A stretch of 63,878 bases of DNA, filler included, from Choristocarpus tenellus KU-1152 (lineage: Eukaryota; Protista; Phaeophyceae): the NCBI GenBank assembly GCA_964200185.2. It is 13 parts of 13 records of this genome, joined end to end, with 100 filler letters (N's around TTAATTAATTAA, not from the genome) between each part and the next. Parts side by side here need not be neighbours in the genome. Positions count along the whole stretch, not along the records: positions 61,266 to 63,878 come from CAXNAD020026272.1; 12 more parts are not named here. The stretch is one strand, 5' to 3'. Shown here in pieces: positions 62,340-63,878 of this stretch (position 1 is the first letter of the stretch; each line of letters opens with the position of its first letter). A program made the translations under genes and the position numbers. The notes beneath the pieces are model-generated. The model was not told the DNA's origin. It saw nothing but the letters and a program-made list of their open reading frames with translations, and did no database searches.

Positions 62340-63878
62340 AAGCTATTTTAGATATGCATTCCCCTTAAACGGCGAAAGGCTTACATTTTTTCTCAGGTTC
62401 TATGGACTTTGATAGGCAATCTATTCCTCATCTAGCAACAGCAACAGAACCGTTAGTTGAATTGATTTGCCATAAACAAAGGCGAAGTTCAAAACGAGAT
62501 CATACCACCTTAAAGCGATCAAGAAAAGACCACAACGATATCTCATCTAGATGGAATCGGCCACAGTAAACTGTTTTTGACGAGTGGAAACGACTTTTAT
62601 CTTTGGCTCCAGTGCTACAATTTCCTCATTTTTTGAAGTTTTTTTATATTAATGTAGATGTCGGTTACGTTGGGATAGGGACGTTTTGTTCCATAAAAAT
62701 GATGATGGCATTTTTGACATCGTTGCATACCATAGTGGCTTACTTTCCTCCTTCCAAACGGAAATATTTTTCCACGCAAAAAGAGTGTCTTGCAGTTATT
62801 CTGGAAATTCAACACTGGAGGCCATATATTTGGGTAAACATTTCACAGCTATTAGTAATGATTCAGCCTTACGGTGGCTGCATATGATGCAAGATACGTC
62901 CAATCTGTTAATTCGATGGGCCTTAGCTTTGCAAAGTTTTGATTTTACCGTCCTTCATAAGCCTGACAGATCACATTACATCCCAGATATGTTGTCACGT
63001 CCTCAATTGGAAGAATTCTGTAAACATGAATCTGAACCAGCACCCCTAATTCCTCTAATGTGGGTACAAAAACCACTAATGCAAGTTCTCAAGCAAGTTA
63101 TACCCTGGCTGTGAATTGTCTGTGGATCGACTCGGTGAAATGACTAAAGTGGCAAATGACTTTGAGCTCTTTGCAAGCTCAATCAATTTCTTTCCAGTAA
63201 TTGATACAGATTTTCTACCCGAAGCCCAACATGATCAGTTTGGAGCATATTTTCAATGCCTGGCAGACCCAAGTAATGCAACATTACCCAATAAGAAAAC
63301 GGCCTACACCATGTCAAATATTTTCACTCAGGAACGAGAGAACAACTTTTACTCTACCGGTCTTACCAACCTGGTCATCTTCGGAAAAATGGAGAATTTC
63401 GCGATCAGTTAGTAGCCCCAACGGAGGTTCAGGGTTCAATTTTGCATGCCCTTCATGACCATAAAGTTGCAGACTTGCTTTCAAACACACATTTGACCGG
63501 GTTCAAGATAGACTTTGGTGGCACATAAAGATGTGAGGAAGTGGTGCGAAATTTTCCAGTCCTGTCAAAGGCGGAAGACCAGTCACACTCCTACCCCACT
63601 ACCTACAGGACATAATAGTCTGTTACACATCCATTTCAACGACTTGCTGTTTACCTAGTTAAAAATAAGATCACTTAGAACGATGCAAAATATGTGTTAT
63701 CCACTATAGACCATCTTACAGATTCGCATTCTTGGTTGGCATTGCAAATAAACAAGAAAAAACCGTGGGTAAAGCTCTTGTCAATCGCATTTTTTCCATC
63801 TTTGGTCCTCCTGAAACACTCCACTCTGACCAAGGCAGAGAATTTGAGAATAAACTCCTGGTTGAGTTGCGTAAAGTG
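62340..63878 (+). mobile_element. Decayed Ty3/Gypsy pol (RT end, RNaseH, integrase)
   Basis: APVLQFP, KECLAVI..HWRPY, LLIRWALALQSFDFTVLHKP..DMLSR, CQRRK, FGPPETLHSDQGREFEN. Confidence 0.92.

Overview
Eukaryotic, intron-rich and repeat-dense DNA; the intron style and TE repertoire suggest a stramenopile, possibly a brown alga (inference). The window is 13 short contigs joined by 12 artificial 100-nt linkers (N44-TTAATTAATTAA-N44), and neighbouring contigs do not look biologically adjacent. Three host genes can be spliced by hand: the 5' three exons of an RS/RD-rich splicing-factor-like gene (24732-26637), the 3' five exons of a RUS1/DUF647 gene with a GC-AG intron (28527-32878), and two exons of an unknown gene (45420-47305). 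Most of the rest is decayed mobile DNA: two plant-type mariner copies, two deleted Copia derivatives, Gypsy, RTE-like, CRE-like, pogo-like and hAT-like remnants. Highlights: (1) over 30 copies or fragments of three MITE families with distinct interiors but shared G[AG][GC][TC][CG]AAA termini and variable 3- or 4-bp TSDs, plus a decayed, intron-rich Sola-type DDD transposase gene (15369-18039) that the ORF track misses and that is a candidate mobiliser; (2) a ParB/Srx-like pseudogene next to a composite 240-bp/174-bp tandem array, disrupted by a reconstructable 730-bp inversion, with a divergent ORF on the other side of the array; (3) a 286-bp foldback; (4) strong CpG-type decay of repeats. All family assignments come from motif recognition by eye; no searches were run.
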